44,571 nt of DNA from Rozella allomycis CSF55 (taxonomy: Eukaryota): the NCBI GenBank assembly GCA_000442015.1, contig KE561005.1, positions 1 to 44,571 of the forward strand, in the 5' to 3' direction. Numbering within the stretch: position 1 is the stretch's first letter; every line of letters begins with the position of its first letter. The position numbers and the translations under genes are program-made. Positions 23,624-36,891 of this stretch are shown piece after piece. A model generated the notes under the pieces. It was not told where the DNA came from and searched no databases. It was given only the letters and a program-made list of their open reading frames with translations.

Positions 23624-26610
23624 TTATTTAAACAATTTAGCGGGCACTGGAAATTTAATTTGAGATTTCTTCCAAGAGTGTAAATCATTAACAGCGATAC
23701 CTTGTTCGGAAAGTGTATTTTCTTCCTTTAATTCTTTTGAAGGATCAAGAATAGCCAAAACTTTTGGATTCTTGATGAAATTGTCTTCAAACAACTTTAT
23801 AAAGTCATTGACTGAAATCGACTCTAAATATTGAGCGTCGATGATATTCTTATTAAACAGATAAAAGTGTGAATGGATTGCTTGAATATAAACATTTGAC
23901 TGTTGGAAAATGTTCTTCTTCTTTTGAAGGTAATGTGTTTTCAAAGAATTGACGTGCTTTTCAAAGTCTTCAATAGAAAGAGAAGAAAAGGAATTGAAAG
24001 ATTGGGATACAAATTCATTAATTTTGTTGTAAAGATACGATGGAGAACGATGGCTTTGGATTGTAAACAATACACCAACACTCCCATTTCTTTCTTTAAA
24101 CGAAGCTTGAACAATGTAACCTTTCTATGAGATCTAAATAATTTACCTAATTGCTCTTTAGTTCTTAATTGATCAAAAAACGATTCACTTAAGATTTGAG
24201 TGGCTAGACTAGAGAACACACGTGCTCTTTGATCAGAAAAATGGCCAATCTATCTTTAATAATAGCATAAAGAAATACTTGATAATAAACTGAAATTCCA
24301 GAATTGACATTTTCGCAAGGTTCAGCATTAAAGATGGTAACTGGATTTTGTAATTTGATAGAAGAAATTGGAATGAAAGAATCTCCCTTTGACTTTGAAA
24401 TGTCGCAAATAGAATCAAATATATTTAAAGCTCTTTCTTCCAAGATATTCCCATGAACTAAAGCCTTAACAGAAGAATCAAAAGTAAAAATCTCATTGAT
24501 GTATTCATGGAATGATTCAATCGTTAAAGAATTTAGAGCTTCTTCTTTTTCTTTAATACCGAAAAACTTTTCTTGCATTATTAAAGAGAAATAATAGTTG
24601 AGTTGTTCTCTTGGAGTTCCCAATTTGAAATTGCTGAATTTTCTTTGCAAAACACTTTTGAATACTTGAAATCTTTCAGGATCCGCTTTAAAATTTAGCA
24701 ACTTCAAAAGCAATTCAGACACAAATTGATCCATTTTGTTATCAAATCCTTTAATTTTCAGCAAGAAACCTTCTGGGACATGTTCAAGTGAAAAGTGAAG
24801 TCCACCTAAATCAGCATAATAAGAAAATTCTGCAAATGAATCATGAATCAATTCAGTAAACAAAGTGCATGCAATGCTGTTTAATGCATTAGAATACGCT
24901 TTTGAACTATTGAAATAGATTTGTGAAATTTACTGATTCATTAAAATAGCGATTGAAGCCTTTGGAACTTTAAATTCTTCATCTTTTTTAAACCATAGCT
25001 CATTTTTATTATTTTCTTTTAAAAGAATAGGATTTTCTTCAGATTTTGAACATGAAAAGACTTCCAAGGAAGAAGGAATAAATGGATTTGGTTCAGGTAG
25101 GAATAAATTTGCTTTTTCATTTTCAATTAAACTTAAAGATGTAATTTCTTTAATGGCAAATTCAGTTCCATACCATTTTTCATATTGGAAATCCAATTCT
25201 TCATTAAACGACTTTCCAACTAGAAATATTCTTTATTAAGATTAAAGAACATTTACCTAAAATTATCATTGATTGAATTTAAGAGAGATTCAATTAAATC
25301 AGGTTTAAATTCTTTCATTAAATAAGAACCAGAGAGAATATCTTCTTCTTTATACTTCTGCATGTTTGAAGCAATTCTGGAAGTGAAAGAAGAGCTACTA
25401 GATTCTTCAGCGAATTGAAAATGAATTTCTCCCATTTTTTGTGTTTCTTTGAAGATCCATTCAATTGGTTTTTGTTTTAAAACTTTTAAATAATCAAAAA
25501 TTATTTTAACAACTTTAAAATAATCATTAAATCCTTTTTCTGTTAAATGCACAGAAACTGAAATAAGAGTGAACCCATCACCGCTGTTTTGAGATCCACA
25601 GGAAAGAGACTCAGCAAATCCAAATCTCTTTAATTCATAAAGAACACTTCCTTTAGCTTCATGACCCAACAAATGAGAAATATAACCCTCGGGCTTACTT
25701 TCATAATATTCAATCAAATCTTCAACTTGCCATTGAACTTCCAAAATCTATTCTATTGTTTCGTGAATATTCACCTTCATATCTTTTAAACTTTTCATAT
25801 AAATCATCTTCTTAAAATGGTCTTCATTTAAAGGCTTCAATGCATACTTTTCAAATTTCACATTCTTGTTTGGTATTCCAGAAAACACTTCAGTAACAAT
25901 CCTCTTCAATTCTTTCAAAGGTTCTTTCCCATAAACAACCAGTTTCATTATATTAGCGGAATACCATTTATCATGAAACTCAATCAAAGCTGCGTGCGGA
26001 TTCAATCCATTTCTCTCAGGTTCTTCTTTAAGCGTCGTCAAGTTGCCTATACGCACAAACGAAACATTTTTACCCGTTCCAAACTTGTGATAAGGATGTC
26101 TGCAATCAGACAGCGTCTTTTCCAACTGGTACATCCTCCAATGATCATTCTCCACATTCTTCATATGTTCCGAATGCACCGCCTTCATTTCCCTCTCAGT
26201 GCCATCAGCATTCAACAATGGTGCCACAAAAAACTGCGCGAACCTGTCCACAGCCGGCACAAAATGATCAGCGCCAACCTCGAAATAGTAATTCGTCGAC
26301 CGATGCGTCGTATACGCATTGCTGAATCCACCGTGCTCATTTAAAAACTATAAGCAACATCACACTGCATTACCTGGCTATAGTCGTTTTCCTTTGGATA
26401 CTTTTTGGTGCCCATGAACAGCATGTGCTCCAGAAAATGCGCGAGGCCGGGGAATTCTGGTGGATCTTGGAAATACCCTACACCTACGTTCATGGCCGCA
26501 CTGGCCTTGTCCAAAGTGGGATCGTGAACTGCTAGCACACTTAAATGGTTTTGCAGCTGGAAATATTCGTAGCTGCGTTTGTCAAAGGGACTCTTGATTA
26601 AAGTTGACAT
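23624..26610 (-). CDS. STE23: Insulin-degrading enzyme / Ste23-like M16A metallopeptidase (multi-exon)
   Basis: PGLAHFLEHMLFMGTKKYPKEN (HxxEH zinc motif), HLLGHEAKGS, LWFKKDEEFKVPKA, FFDQLRTKEQLG. Confidence 0.95.
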
Positions 26611-26911
26611 GGCTGTTGTTAGTAGAAGAGAGGTGGTAGTGAGTCGACGAAGTGCCAAAATTTTGACAATTATGAAAATTCACCTCGAAGAAATCATATT
26701 TAGAGAAATAAATGTGAAAAAAATTGTTTTAAATCTTAAATAAAAAGTCATTTTGCTCTTGAGATATTGTATTGAACAAGACTGCAGTAGCATTAATTGA
26801 TTAAAACATCCTTAATTATATTATCAATATAGGATTTAAAGGATTATAAGTGAAATTTTAAAATCATAGATCGCGTAGGAACTAAAAATCTATTTACTGA
26901 TTCTACTACAA

Positions 26912-26918
26912 ACCCTGG
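26912..26918 (+). promoter_or_regulatory. ACCCTGG start-proximal motif (KGD1)
   Basis: Ends 14 nt before the ATG; same motif before RPT6 and the 576-aa gene. Confidence 0.5.
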
Positions 26919-26932
26919 TAATCTAACCAACC

Positions 26933-27444
26933 ATGCTTTTAAATCATTTACGGCGTGGAACCCGTTTAAAACTGCTATGCAATTCCATCAGAAGGTACTC
27001 TGCAGCCGATACATTCCATACTACGACAGCATCGAACTACATTGACGCGATGCGCGAAGCCTGGCGCAAGGATCCCTCTTCGGTGCACGTGTCATGGAAG
27101 GTAAAAACTGCTTCAAAAACTAATAGGCGTATTTTGAGAATCTAGAGCGAAATGTCGGTGCCGGCGAGGCGTTTGTTGCACCTCCACTGTCAGGCCTTGC
27201 AGCATCGATTCCAGCTGGGCCGATTGGCGGTGGATTTGAAAAGGAGGTATTGGATCATATGAAAGTGCAGCTGCTCGTTCGCGCATACCAGGTGCGTGGA
27301 CACCACAAGGCGGTGCTTGATCCGTTGGGGATTCTGTCGCCTGATTTGAACAAGAGGCCTGTGCCTGAGCTTGATTTGGCGTACTATGGGTTTACGGAAG
27401 CTGATTTGGACCGCAAGTTTACGCTTGGACAGGGTATACTGCTT
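26933..27444 (+). CDS. KGD1: 2-oxoglutarate dehydrogenase E1, 5' part only (truncated at n 27445)
   Basis: Mitochondrial presequence, NYIDAMREAWRKDPSSVHVSW, DHMKVQLLVRAYQVRGHHKAVLDPLGI, YYGFTEADL. Confidence 0.93.
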
Positions 27445-27457
27445 NAGTGAAATTTCA

Positions 27458-28149
27458 ATGTTCCTTTTCCTAACCCTTTTTGGTTGTTGTGTTTTTGTGT
27501 GCTATCTTTATAGAAAAAGTTTAGAAGAACGAAGAGTTAAAATGTTTGTGTTTCTTGGAAGTGGTAATCATTCAGTTTAGAGAGGAAAGGCGGACATACT
27601 GCTGAAATGATTTCAATGCTGGATGGCATGTCGAGTCCTCGTGAAAAATACAGCCCGATTGTTTATGGGATTGGTGAAGATGATAAGTTAAGCGAACCGA
27701 AGATTAGAAAGTTTCAAGAATCTAGACCTGAATTGCAATACAACATTGTTAAAGTTAAGAGAGCTAGATATGTTGGGCAGTCTTACATTACATCTATTTT
27801 CACTTCAACACACTCACTATTTTCTTGCTTTCATGTGATTTCGTCGAATCCGCCAAAAGTAGTAAAATGCATCAACCTTTACGTAAGAGTTATTGCTGAA
27901 TGGTCCTGGCACATGCGTGCCTTTGGTTTTGGTTGCATTGGCCATAAGAGTAAATATTAATTTCTTTTTGTAAAGAGTGTTACAAGAATAAGACTACGTA
28001 TCATTTACATTGAAAGTTTTGCCAGAGTTGAAACCCTGTCGTTGACTGGGAAAATACTCTACAACGTAGCAGATAGGTTTATTGTTCATTGGCCGGAGCT
28101 GACAGAAAAATACCCGAAAGCTGAATTTCTTGGGTTTCCATTAATTTAA
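27458..28149 (+). CDS. ALG14: UDP-N-acetylglucosamine transferase subunit Alg14
   Basis: N-terminal membrane segment, spliced VFLGSGGHTAEM, RARYVGQSYITS, NGPGTCVP, IYIESFARVETLSLTGKILY. Confidence 0.92.
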
Positions 28150-28447
28150 GGGAACAAAAAATACCTTGCATCGCGCTATAATAAATATAAATATTAATTC
28201 ATATTTGAATTGAATCGCAAGAAATAATTATATACATAATTGATGAAAATTCAAATCAATAATCACGAATATTGATCGATCCAACACAGGGCGTAGTCAA
28301 GATTATTTTAAGTTTTGCACTAAATTCATATATCTTTTAAATCCCCTAAACCGCTTAAATCAGAATCAAATTTTAGTTGAATAAGATTGATTCGATGATG
28401 GATTGCAAATTATGAAAATAAGGAACCTGAAATTTTCAGATTCAACA

Positions 28448-30310
28448 ATGGATGAAATTGCGTCTCCTGCTTCTGAATCCGAAAGGTGCGGCATTATAAT
28501 TTTATAAATATTAGTATACCCAAAGATTTTGAGGATCGGATTGTAGAAGTGAGCCCTAACGGCCGTTATGTCAAGGTACCGCAATAATGTAAACTAAGAA
28601 AGGTGAACATGATTCTTGGAAAAGGGGCATTTAAAGTGGTTTGGAAGGCTATTGACCGTGAAGAAGGCATGGAGGTGGCGTGGAATGCCTGTCAAGTAAT
28701 AATATGGTTTGAATCTAATAAGACTACGAAAGCGGAATTTGTGGAATTCAGTCAAGAAATTGATATTTTGAAAAAGGTCAGACATCCAAACATTATTAGT
28801 TTTCATGATTCGTGGTTTAATGAAAACGAACTTGTTTTTGTGACAGAAATGATGACTTCTGGGACATTGAGGGAATATATTAAAAAGATAAAGCCCAATT
28901 TGAAGATAATTAAACGATGGTCAAGGCAGATATTGAAGGGGCTGTATTATTTGCATTCCCATAACCCTCCAATTATTCATCGAGACTTGAAATGTGACAA
29001 TGTGTTTATTAACGGGGCCCATGGAGAAGTAAAGATTGGCGATATGGGATCAGCTAAAATGCGTCTAGGCAAAAAGTAAATCTTTAAAATATTTTATATG
29101 AGATATACTGTGATTGGAACACCAGAATTTATGGCGCCAGAAATGTATGAAGAAAAAGGATACAATGAAAAAGTTGACGTTTATGCATTTGGAATGTGTC
29201 TACTGGAAATGTGTACGGGTGAATATCCTTATGCAGAGTGCAAAAATGCTGCTCAAATTTATAAAAAGGTTTCACAAGTAAAATTGGAATCCTTAATTGA
29301 ATGGAAGGGGATTAAGCCAGAATGTTTATCGCAAATTCATGATGAAGAAATTTTGTCATTGATAAATTCATGTCTTGCAAATGAGAATGAAAGGATGAAC
29401 GTCTCTCAGATTTTGGAGCATTCCTTCTTTTGCGAAGATCCTGAAGTTATTCTATCATCTTCTGATGAAACAAAAACTCAATTGACGCTTCAAGGTAAAA
29501 TGAGTCAAAGATTTTCAAAGTTGTTTTCAGGGCAAGTGACAAAATGTCTATCAAATTTGACTTTAATGTTCTGGGCGACACTGCAGAAGATGTTGTGAAT
29601 GAAATGGTACTCGCATTTTAATTATTAATAAAGATCGAAGAGTCTGTTTTACCCGAAAAATACCGCGGATTAATAACCTTTGAAATTAATAGAATTTTAC
29701 GAGAGTTAAGTAAAACTCTGAATTCCGAAAATTCCAAATTATCAAATCAATGGAAAAGGGAAGGCAACCCTGTGGACTTGCAGAGTCAAATCATACAGCT
29801 AGAAAATAAATTAAAAGAACGAGAAATAAAGCTAAAGGAAAAAGAAAGCGTTATTGAGCAATTAAAAATTGATTATGACAGAGTCAGGCTGGAATTGAGT
29901 GATATGAAGAAAGGGAACGTAACAACAGAGAGAAAAGAAGAAAAATCAAGAAGTCTTCTGGGATCTACCGCATCTGCAGACTTTCCTCTCCGAAGGCGAA
30001 CGTCTTCAGTGAATACAGATTCTTTGGACTTTGATATGATATCTTTCAAGGGTAATTGGGCTTAATGAGTTAAATAGATTACGCCGATTCTCAATCAATT
30101 AATGAGCTAGTCGTTGATGTTGCAACAGCGACACAAAGGGGTTCCGAAAAGGCTCAAGAATGGTTAAACAAATTAACCGCCCAAGATATTTTGACTGTTG
30201 GCGATTTAAGAGGATTGCATGAAGGTGACTGGGCTTCCCTAAATTTGACTGTCTTTGCCGCCAGGGCTTTGAAAAACGCCATAGGGAAAGGGAAGAACCA
30301 AAAAGAATAA
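28448..30310 (+). CDS. WNK: WNK-family Ser/Thr kinase with coiled coil and C-terminal SAM-like domain
   Basis: SPNGRY, LGKGAFKVVWKA (Lys in subdomain I), EVAWN (no subdomain II Lys), HRDLKCDNVFING, VIGTPEFMAPEMYEE, autoinhibitory-like IKFDF...DTAEDVVNEM. Confidence 0.92.
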
Positions 30311-30490
30311 ACAAAAATATATAATTTTTATTCCTTTCAGTTAATTTTTCATTGGTTTTGGACACACAATTCCAGTGGGTTTATATATTTTTAGCATGTA
30401 ATGGCAATTTTTGAGTGCCTTGCAAACGGCATTTAAAAACACAGATTCTCCATAACTGAAACGTAAATGAATATCTATGAAATAATAAGA

Positions 30491-33273
30491 CTAGATTTTA
30501 CGAGATCTAACCCAATAGCCCTTCCATGCTGCTTGTATTTTGCTTGCAGCTTGCCTTCTCGTTTCAGTTTTGCGTTGTCTGATTCTTCTTAATCTGAATT
30601 TGCGCCATGTAAGCTGAATGACATACGCCGCTTTTACCATAATAAATTGACGTCTATTATTTGAGATTTGAAACTCTACCTCTTTTGTAGGACCGCCTTG
30701 CCAAGATTGGACAGTTTGTCTTTGACATCTGGTCTGAGTCTCTTTCTTAACGAATATCCTCTCCATAGTCTCTGAATTTTAAGAGCCGCATTGTATAACT
30801 TTATACAAAGAGTGAAATTCAATTACGCTTTTTTGCATCTTTATGATACGAAGTTTAACGACTTGGGGTTTCCACCATCTCTGTATCGTGAAAATCGCTG
30901 CAACCAATTCTTAATATTCATTAACGTTAAAATTTACCATCGAATCGAACATTGTATTTCATAGCAATAGGAGAATTGCGATAAGCATCCCATCGACGAT
31001 ATGCCTTCTGGATAACGGTTGCTGCTCGGTGAAGTTCATGAATTGGAGTTTTGTAATTAATCGCTATTACATTGAAAAATCCTCTTTACAAAATAGTTTC
31101 AATTGCATGTAGCATCTCTCTCTCCAAACTTTTTGAATCAATGCGGCCGCCGCATTTTGATTCTTCTTTATTCTGATCATCAAGCGCTTGGCATACTTTT
31201 GAATAGTATTAGCAGCATCATCCCTTTTATACAGCATTTCTTTGCGCTCTCTTCTTCCCAAATATCTTCGCCAAACTATTAGTGAATGCCAGGTTTTTGA
31301 TACCTAATAATAACTATTACTGCATATTACCTCTTTGTATTTTTGAAGCCGCGATTCCTTTCCGGAATTGAGAAGGAGGAAAATGCGAAAAGCTCTTCAA
31401 AGTGTTTGGCAAAAATGCACTCTTGAATAAGGTTTTCTCCGTGATATTTATTTTTTCTTCCTCCAATGAAGTAAAAGTTTCTAGGCTTGAAGACATTAAT
31501 TGGTTCTGTTCCGAGTTGTCTCTTGTTAAAACTGGAGTGAGCGATTGGTCACACGGAGTACAATTGGGCCTGTAAGAAAATATCCCTGACCCAAAGTTAA
31601 CGTTTGCGATTGCGACAAAATTTGAATCTACTTGGAACTTCTCCTTTGAAACTATGAATAAGAAACATGTATAAAGTACCTAACAGAGATATCATTGGTA
31701 CAAGAGGATTCGATAAAATAAGACTTCTTTGTTTTGATGCAATATCAGAAGGAAAGATTAAGGAACCAGAACCAAATGCAGGAGGCATAATTTTCCCATC
31801 GATTACCAAAGAAATGCTTCCCGCAAAGAGATCCAAGATTACTCCATAAACTTTGAATCCATTTGTTTCAGACTCGATATAACTATTAATGAAAACCTTT
31901 AAATTCGATTACTCGTATTCCTGGCCATTGTAATAGCACTTTCCGCCGTTACCAAACCCAAAACTGTATTCATCACAGCCCGGATATTTGAAAGCGCACT
32001 TGTAATCCACCTTAGTTTCAATAGCATATCCTGTATGAAAAATTAGTCTCTAAATTTTACCTACCCTCCAGTTGCTTTGATCGTTAAATGTAATTTCATA
32101 GTAAAATCTCATATCTCTGTCGATCCTTCTCGTCAACGTTTTGACAATGTCAACCGCCATTCTTTTGTCAAAAAGGTTTCCCGATACATTCACAGAAAAC
32201 CCCAACTCGGTCAATCTCTTTTTCAAAATATCCCCACAAGTCAAAGGAAACGCCAGCATCATTGCATATAACTGATGTGTGGGGTAACACAGGTCTAGAG
32301 CTTGCGCAATCAGGTTTTTGTATGATACGTCATCGTCATTCTTGTCATCTTTTTCGTTCATCAAATCTTTTAGTTTATCATTTGCATTTAGCCTTTGATA
32401 CATGCTACTCAAAGTGCCTCTGATTGCAGCTTTATTCAATAGTCTTTTCGAATCAGGGCCGGTGTTACCTATGACGCATCCCCACTGCATCTCTTCGCCA
32501 ACAAGTAAAGGCTTGACATTCAATGATAATCTTTTTCTATCTAATATAATATGGGGCGCATTTTCGCAAGGTGTCATTAAAGATATCTTTGACTCCAGAT
32601 ATGCTGGCACGTCATCTGATTCCCACACCTGATGCTGAACAGCGTGCTTGGTAATCAATGCCTTTCCGTGCTCCATGAACAATTGTATTGCATCCAATCC
32701 AGCCTCGCTAATGATATCTCCAACCCTGTATATACTTCTAGGCCTTTGATTATGATTGATGTATTCAAATACCCTGATAAAATAGCTTGTCTAATAGCCC
32801 TCTTCTTTTCTACCTTTCGCTTCCAAAGATACTGTATAAACTCTTCTCGATGCTGCACAATTGCTTGAGAAGTATCTTTAAATACATTCTAAATATTAAG
32901 TCTACCTTCGTCTGTAACATCTTCTGCCCTCTTTGCAAGTGATCGAAGCATTTGCCTGCGTTCAGTCTTGTTCATGACTGCCATTATCGCTTCTTGTTCA
33001 ATGGTCTTTATTTGGGCTTCTATAGTCACTTCACTTGTCAAGTCCTATTCAAAAAGAAGATAGCTAAATACTTTGATTTCTTTCAAATCCTTTTTGGAGA
33101 TTAGTGATGACACGCTTTTGTGCAAATGAGCGATCGTTTGTAATTTGGTGGATATATCCTTTACAAGAGTTTTTTCACGATTGCCGAGAGTTACTGACCA
33201 ATCAATATTTTTGGGTTTTGGTGGCCATCATTAAGCTTTTAATACAACTTTACTTGATCTCAACAGTGGACAT
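30491..33273 (-). CDS. IQ calmodulin-binding motif protein (multi-exon), function unknown
   Basis: Several IQ motifs (AASKIQAAWKGYWVR, AAYVIQLTWRKFRLR, AAALIQKVWRER, AANTIQKYAKR); short introns link the ORF pieces; start codon uncertain. Confidence 0.75.
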
Positions 33274-33335
33274 GTTAATGTAAACAAATAATGTATCTCA
33301 AATTATTTAAAAATGATTGAAACTGAGGTATGTTT

Positions 33336-34617
33336 TTATTTGAATAATTTTTTAATGGAGACATTTGATTCTGAATCCTTCTTCATAATTTTCGCAACCG
33401 CCATTTCAAAATCTTCTTGAGTGACATGAACTCTTCTTTCTCTTAACGCAAACATACCAGCTTCTGTACAGACACCTTTAACTTCAGCACCAGAAGCGTT
33501 TGTAAGCTTGGCAGCAATTTTCTTCAAATCAATACCTCTGGTCATATTCATTCTCCTGGAATGAATTTTAAGGATATCAACACGCGCCTTTGTTTAATTC
33601 AAATTATTTTTACTTCTTCGTTGGGTGGAGGGAATTCAATTTTGCGATCAATACGACCTGGTCTCAGTAAAGCAGCATCAAGAATGTCAATACGATTAGT
33701 AGCCATAATGACTTTAATATTCTGAGTGGGTTCAAAACCATCCAATTGATTTAAAAGTTCCAACATGGTTCGTTGGACTTCACTATCACTTCCCTTGTCA
33801 GAACGAGCAGATCCAATTGAATCAATTTCATCCATAAAAATTATAGAAGGCGCATGCTCACGTGCCATGACGAATAATTCACGGACCATTCTTGAACCTT
33901 CACCAATAAACTTCTGGACCAATTCGGATCCAGACACTCTAATGAATCTGCAATCAGTGTGGTGAGCGACAGCTCTGGCTAATAAAGTCTTTCCAGTTCC
34001 TTTACATTATTTATAAAGTTATTAGTTACCTGGTGGTCCATAAAGCAAGACTCCCTTTGGTTGTTGAATACCAAGCGCTTCAAAGAGTTCTGGATGCTTT
34101 ACAGGAAGTTCAATAACTTCTTTAATTTCTTTTATTTGTTGATCCAATCCACCAATCATATCATAAGTGGAATCAGGTACTTTTTCAACCATCATCAACG
34201 AAACCAAAGGATCAACTTTGCTTGGCAGCACCTTAAATAATGTGTATCCATCAGGCTTTAAAGCAACACGCAAATTTGGCTTCAAAGTGGTAATATCTAT
34301 AGAATCATCAATGTCTACAAGATATTTCCCTTCAGCATTTATCTATAGGAACAATGAAATGAAAAAACTACTTTGACTAACACTTTGTTCTTTCCCATCA
34401 CTTTTACAACTTCAGCTACATATGATCCAGGTTCTTGAAGCAATTGTAATTCTTCTTTCAATAGTCGGACTAGTATTACATCAAAACAAATTGTACCCTG
34501 TGCGTTCAAAGTATTTCTTTGGGCTTCTAAACGCCTTAAATTTTGTGTCTTTTCGTTTATCACTTGCTCTAACGACTCTACCTGAGTACGAAAATACGAT
34601 TCAAGGCCGAGAGTCAT
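33336..34617 (-). CDS. RPT6: 26S proteasome AAA-ATPase subunit Rpt6/PSMC5
   Basis: [28 protein letters not shown], spliced [45 protein letters not shown]. Confidence 0.97.
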
Positions 34618-34626
34618 TGAATTGAA

Positions 34627-34633
34627 CCAGGGT
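34627..34633 (-). promoter_or_regulatory. ACCCTGG start-proximal motif (RPT6)
   Basis: Ends 9 nt before the ATG at 34617. Confidence 0.5.
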
Positions 34634-34694
34634 GTTGTGAGTCATTCTCTACGAAAATCCGCACAATGCAATGCATAAATGAGTATAAGAAAAT

Positions 34695-36100
34695 TTATTG
34701 TGATTGCGAATCGTTTTCTCCAAAATCAATTTCATCGTCATCATCAAGTTCACTCTCTTGACCGTTAGCATGCCCCTGGAATTCTAATATTGGATCATTG
34801 TCATATTCACTGTCTACTTCACCTTTATCCACAGCACTTCTAGAGCCACGCCTTCCGCTAGCTGCTTGAGGCCGGTGGAATCTTTTAGTTGCAGCAGAAG
34901 CAATTCGCAATTCTTCATCACTGTCCGGCTCTTCGTAGTTCTCTTCTTCACTATCCAGATTTTTTTCAACAGGCTCATCCTTGTCACTTACTGGAAGCTC
35001 ATCAGAATTTAGGTCGTCTAGTTCGTCATCTTTTTCATCTCCGTCAAGATCACCTCGTAGGTACAAAAGCTCTTCTTCTTTTGCATTTAATTGGAATTGC
35101 TGCCTATTCATTTCATATTCCTTTTAAAATGTAATCGAATGAAAGTACCTGTAATTTCTCCTGTTCTATTGTTTGCATCATCTGCATTTCATGCTCCAGA
35201 TATTGCAAATGTCTAAACTTTCCAACATAGTTCCCATAAAGAGCCTACTAATCTTTAAATAAACCACTACCTTCAAATCACCCTCCAGCTTTTCAAACTC
35301 ATCCATAAAAGGCGGTCTAACACCTTGCAGACTATTAAGTCGTTTCTGGAACCTTTCAATATCAGCCTTCTTCTTTTCAAGCTTCGCATTAAGATTGGCA
35401 ATATCAGACTTTGTCTGCTCGATTTTCTGCCTATAAACACGTGTCTGATTATCCACATCGCTGATCGCCGACTCTACAGCTTTTTGAATATCAATAGAAT
35501 CGATCGTCTGCGAAAGAGCTTCTGACCGTTTCATGCGGCATTCTACTTCGCGGTCTATTGAATCGTCCAGAATGGTGCCCAGTTTGGTGATTTCGAGGGA
35601 TATCTGGCGGCCGTGAATAATCTTGTCGATTTTATAGTCAATGTCATGGTAGCTCGATTCTGGATTGTGGTCAATGATTCCAAGAGCTTCGTCCATGGCG
35701 GCGTACAGAAAATCGACCAGTTTGGCCATCTCTTGCATGGCGTTGATGTCAGCCATGTATAGTTTACGGCTGTTCAGTTTTATGTTTAATTTCGTTGCCT
35801 TTGGTTAAACATGAATGTGATTACCGCCAGAAGTGTGACGTTCCTGACAAATTGAATTCTTCCAGCTTCAGTGTCGATGTTGTTGATCTCTATATCGTTG
35901 TGTGGATCTATGCTGGTAAATAATCAGATTGAAGATTACTTTGTTATCAGCCATTTTAAGAGTATGGCCATTTGGTTAAAATTTGGAGTTTTGAAAGAGT
36001 TGACTGAAAGATGTTGCGTATATCCCAATGCTTTGCATTTTTCAGTGAATTCTAATTGTATTGGATCTCAATTTCTACTTGCAACAAGCATCAACGACAT
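34695..36100 (-). CDS. CLUAP1: Clusterin-associated protein 1 / IFT38 (intraflagellar transport complex B)
   Basis: FTEKCKALGY...SFKTPNF, KLNSRKLYMAD, KRLNSLQGVRPPFMDEFEKLE, acidic C-terminal tail. Confidence 0.88.
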
Positions 36101-36351
36101 TTTTGAAAACAAAATAAAAACATCACAAACTTCGTGTAAATATTAACTTTTTAAATTTTAAATGTTTAATTAACGGCGAATTGCGATAAAAATTCACTTA
36201 TTTCAGCTTCGGCGCGAACTTGCAAGTTGAAGTGAAACATTAAACTTGTTTCTCCCATAAGTCATAACTCCGGTAACCAATTGTAAAATCGTAATATCCA
36301 GCGGTTCCGANCGTATGTGATAACTAGCGCGCGAACCCGGATATATGTAAC

Positions 36352-36440
36352 TCTATTAATGCGAGCGAAGCGATGACAACCGCTAGAAACATATTGCTTT
36401 TCATAAAGCCCAAATATGCAGTCTCTGTGTAGATGCCCAT
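36352..36440 (+). repeat. Helitron-like terminus plus flank, near-identical to about 19809-19897
   Basis: tctattaatgcgagcgaagcgatgacaaccgctagaaac...tgtgtagatgcccat, with a few substitutions relative to the other copy. Confidence 0.75.
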
Positions 36441-36890
36441 CAGCGGTTCCGAAAAAATAATGGTCACTTTCAATTATGGCCATACAATAGTGAGCCATAA
36501 TGGATGGGAGTAGTAGCCCATAATGCTTCCATAATACAGGGGTCAGGAATGTGAAAAAAATCAAACAGTGAAAAAGCGAATTTTTGCTTCGAATCCATCG
36601 GTGAAGATCGAAGGAAGTGTAAATTTTGTTTATCTGAGCGCAAACAAGTGAAGAACAAGGGTTACTCCAATCTTGTGCAGCACATTGAAAAATAAAATGC
36701 GAACTGGAAAGAAGAAATGGAAATGTCTTTCCCACAAATAACTTTTGCGTCGGATGAAAAAGAAAGAAATGCGATTATTCAGCCAATGCAAGTTGATTTT
36801 GGGTTACTTACGCAAGGCAATGACTCCAAGTAATTTGTAAATACCCATGTTTTTGAAACTAAATAGGCCAGGCAGATCGTACGCTGCAAG
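36441..36890 (+). mobile_element. Internally deleted hAT transposon
   Basis: Begins CAGCGGTTCCG (hAT-like terminus, also at 36299 and 39702); BED finger CKFCLSERKQVKNKGYSNLVQHI almost directly followed by the dimerization motif RLFSQCKLILGYLRKAMTPSNL*IPMFLKLNR; ends at n 36891. Confidence 0.85.
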
Positions 36891-36891
36891 N

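Noticed and set aside
27371-27580. Apparent KGD1-ALG14 fusion
   Set aside because: The junction is an n gap at 27445; most of KGD1 is simply missing from the assembly.
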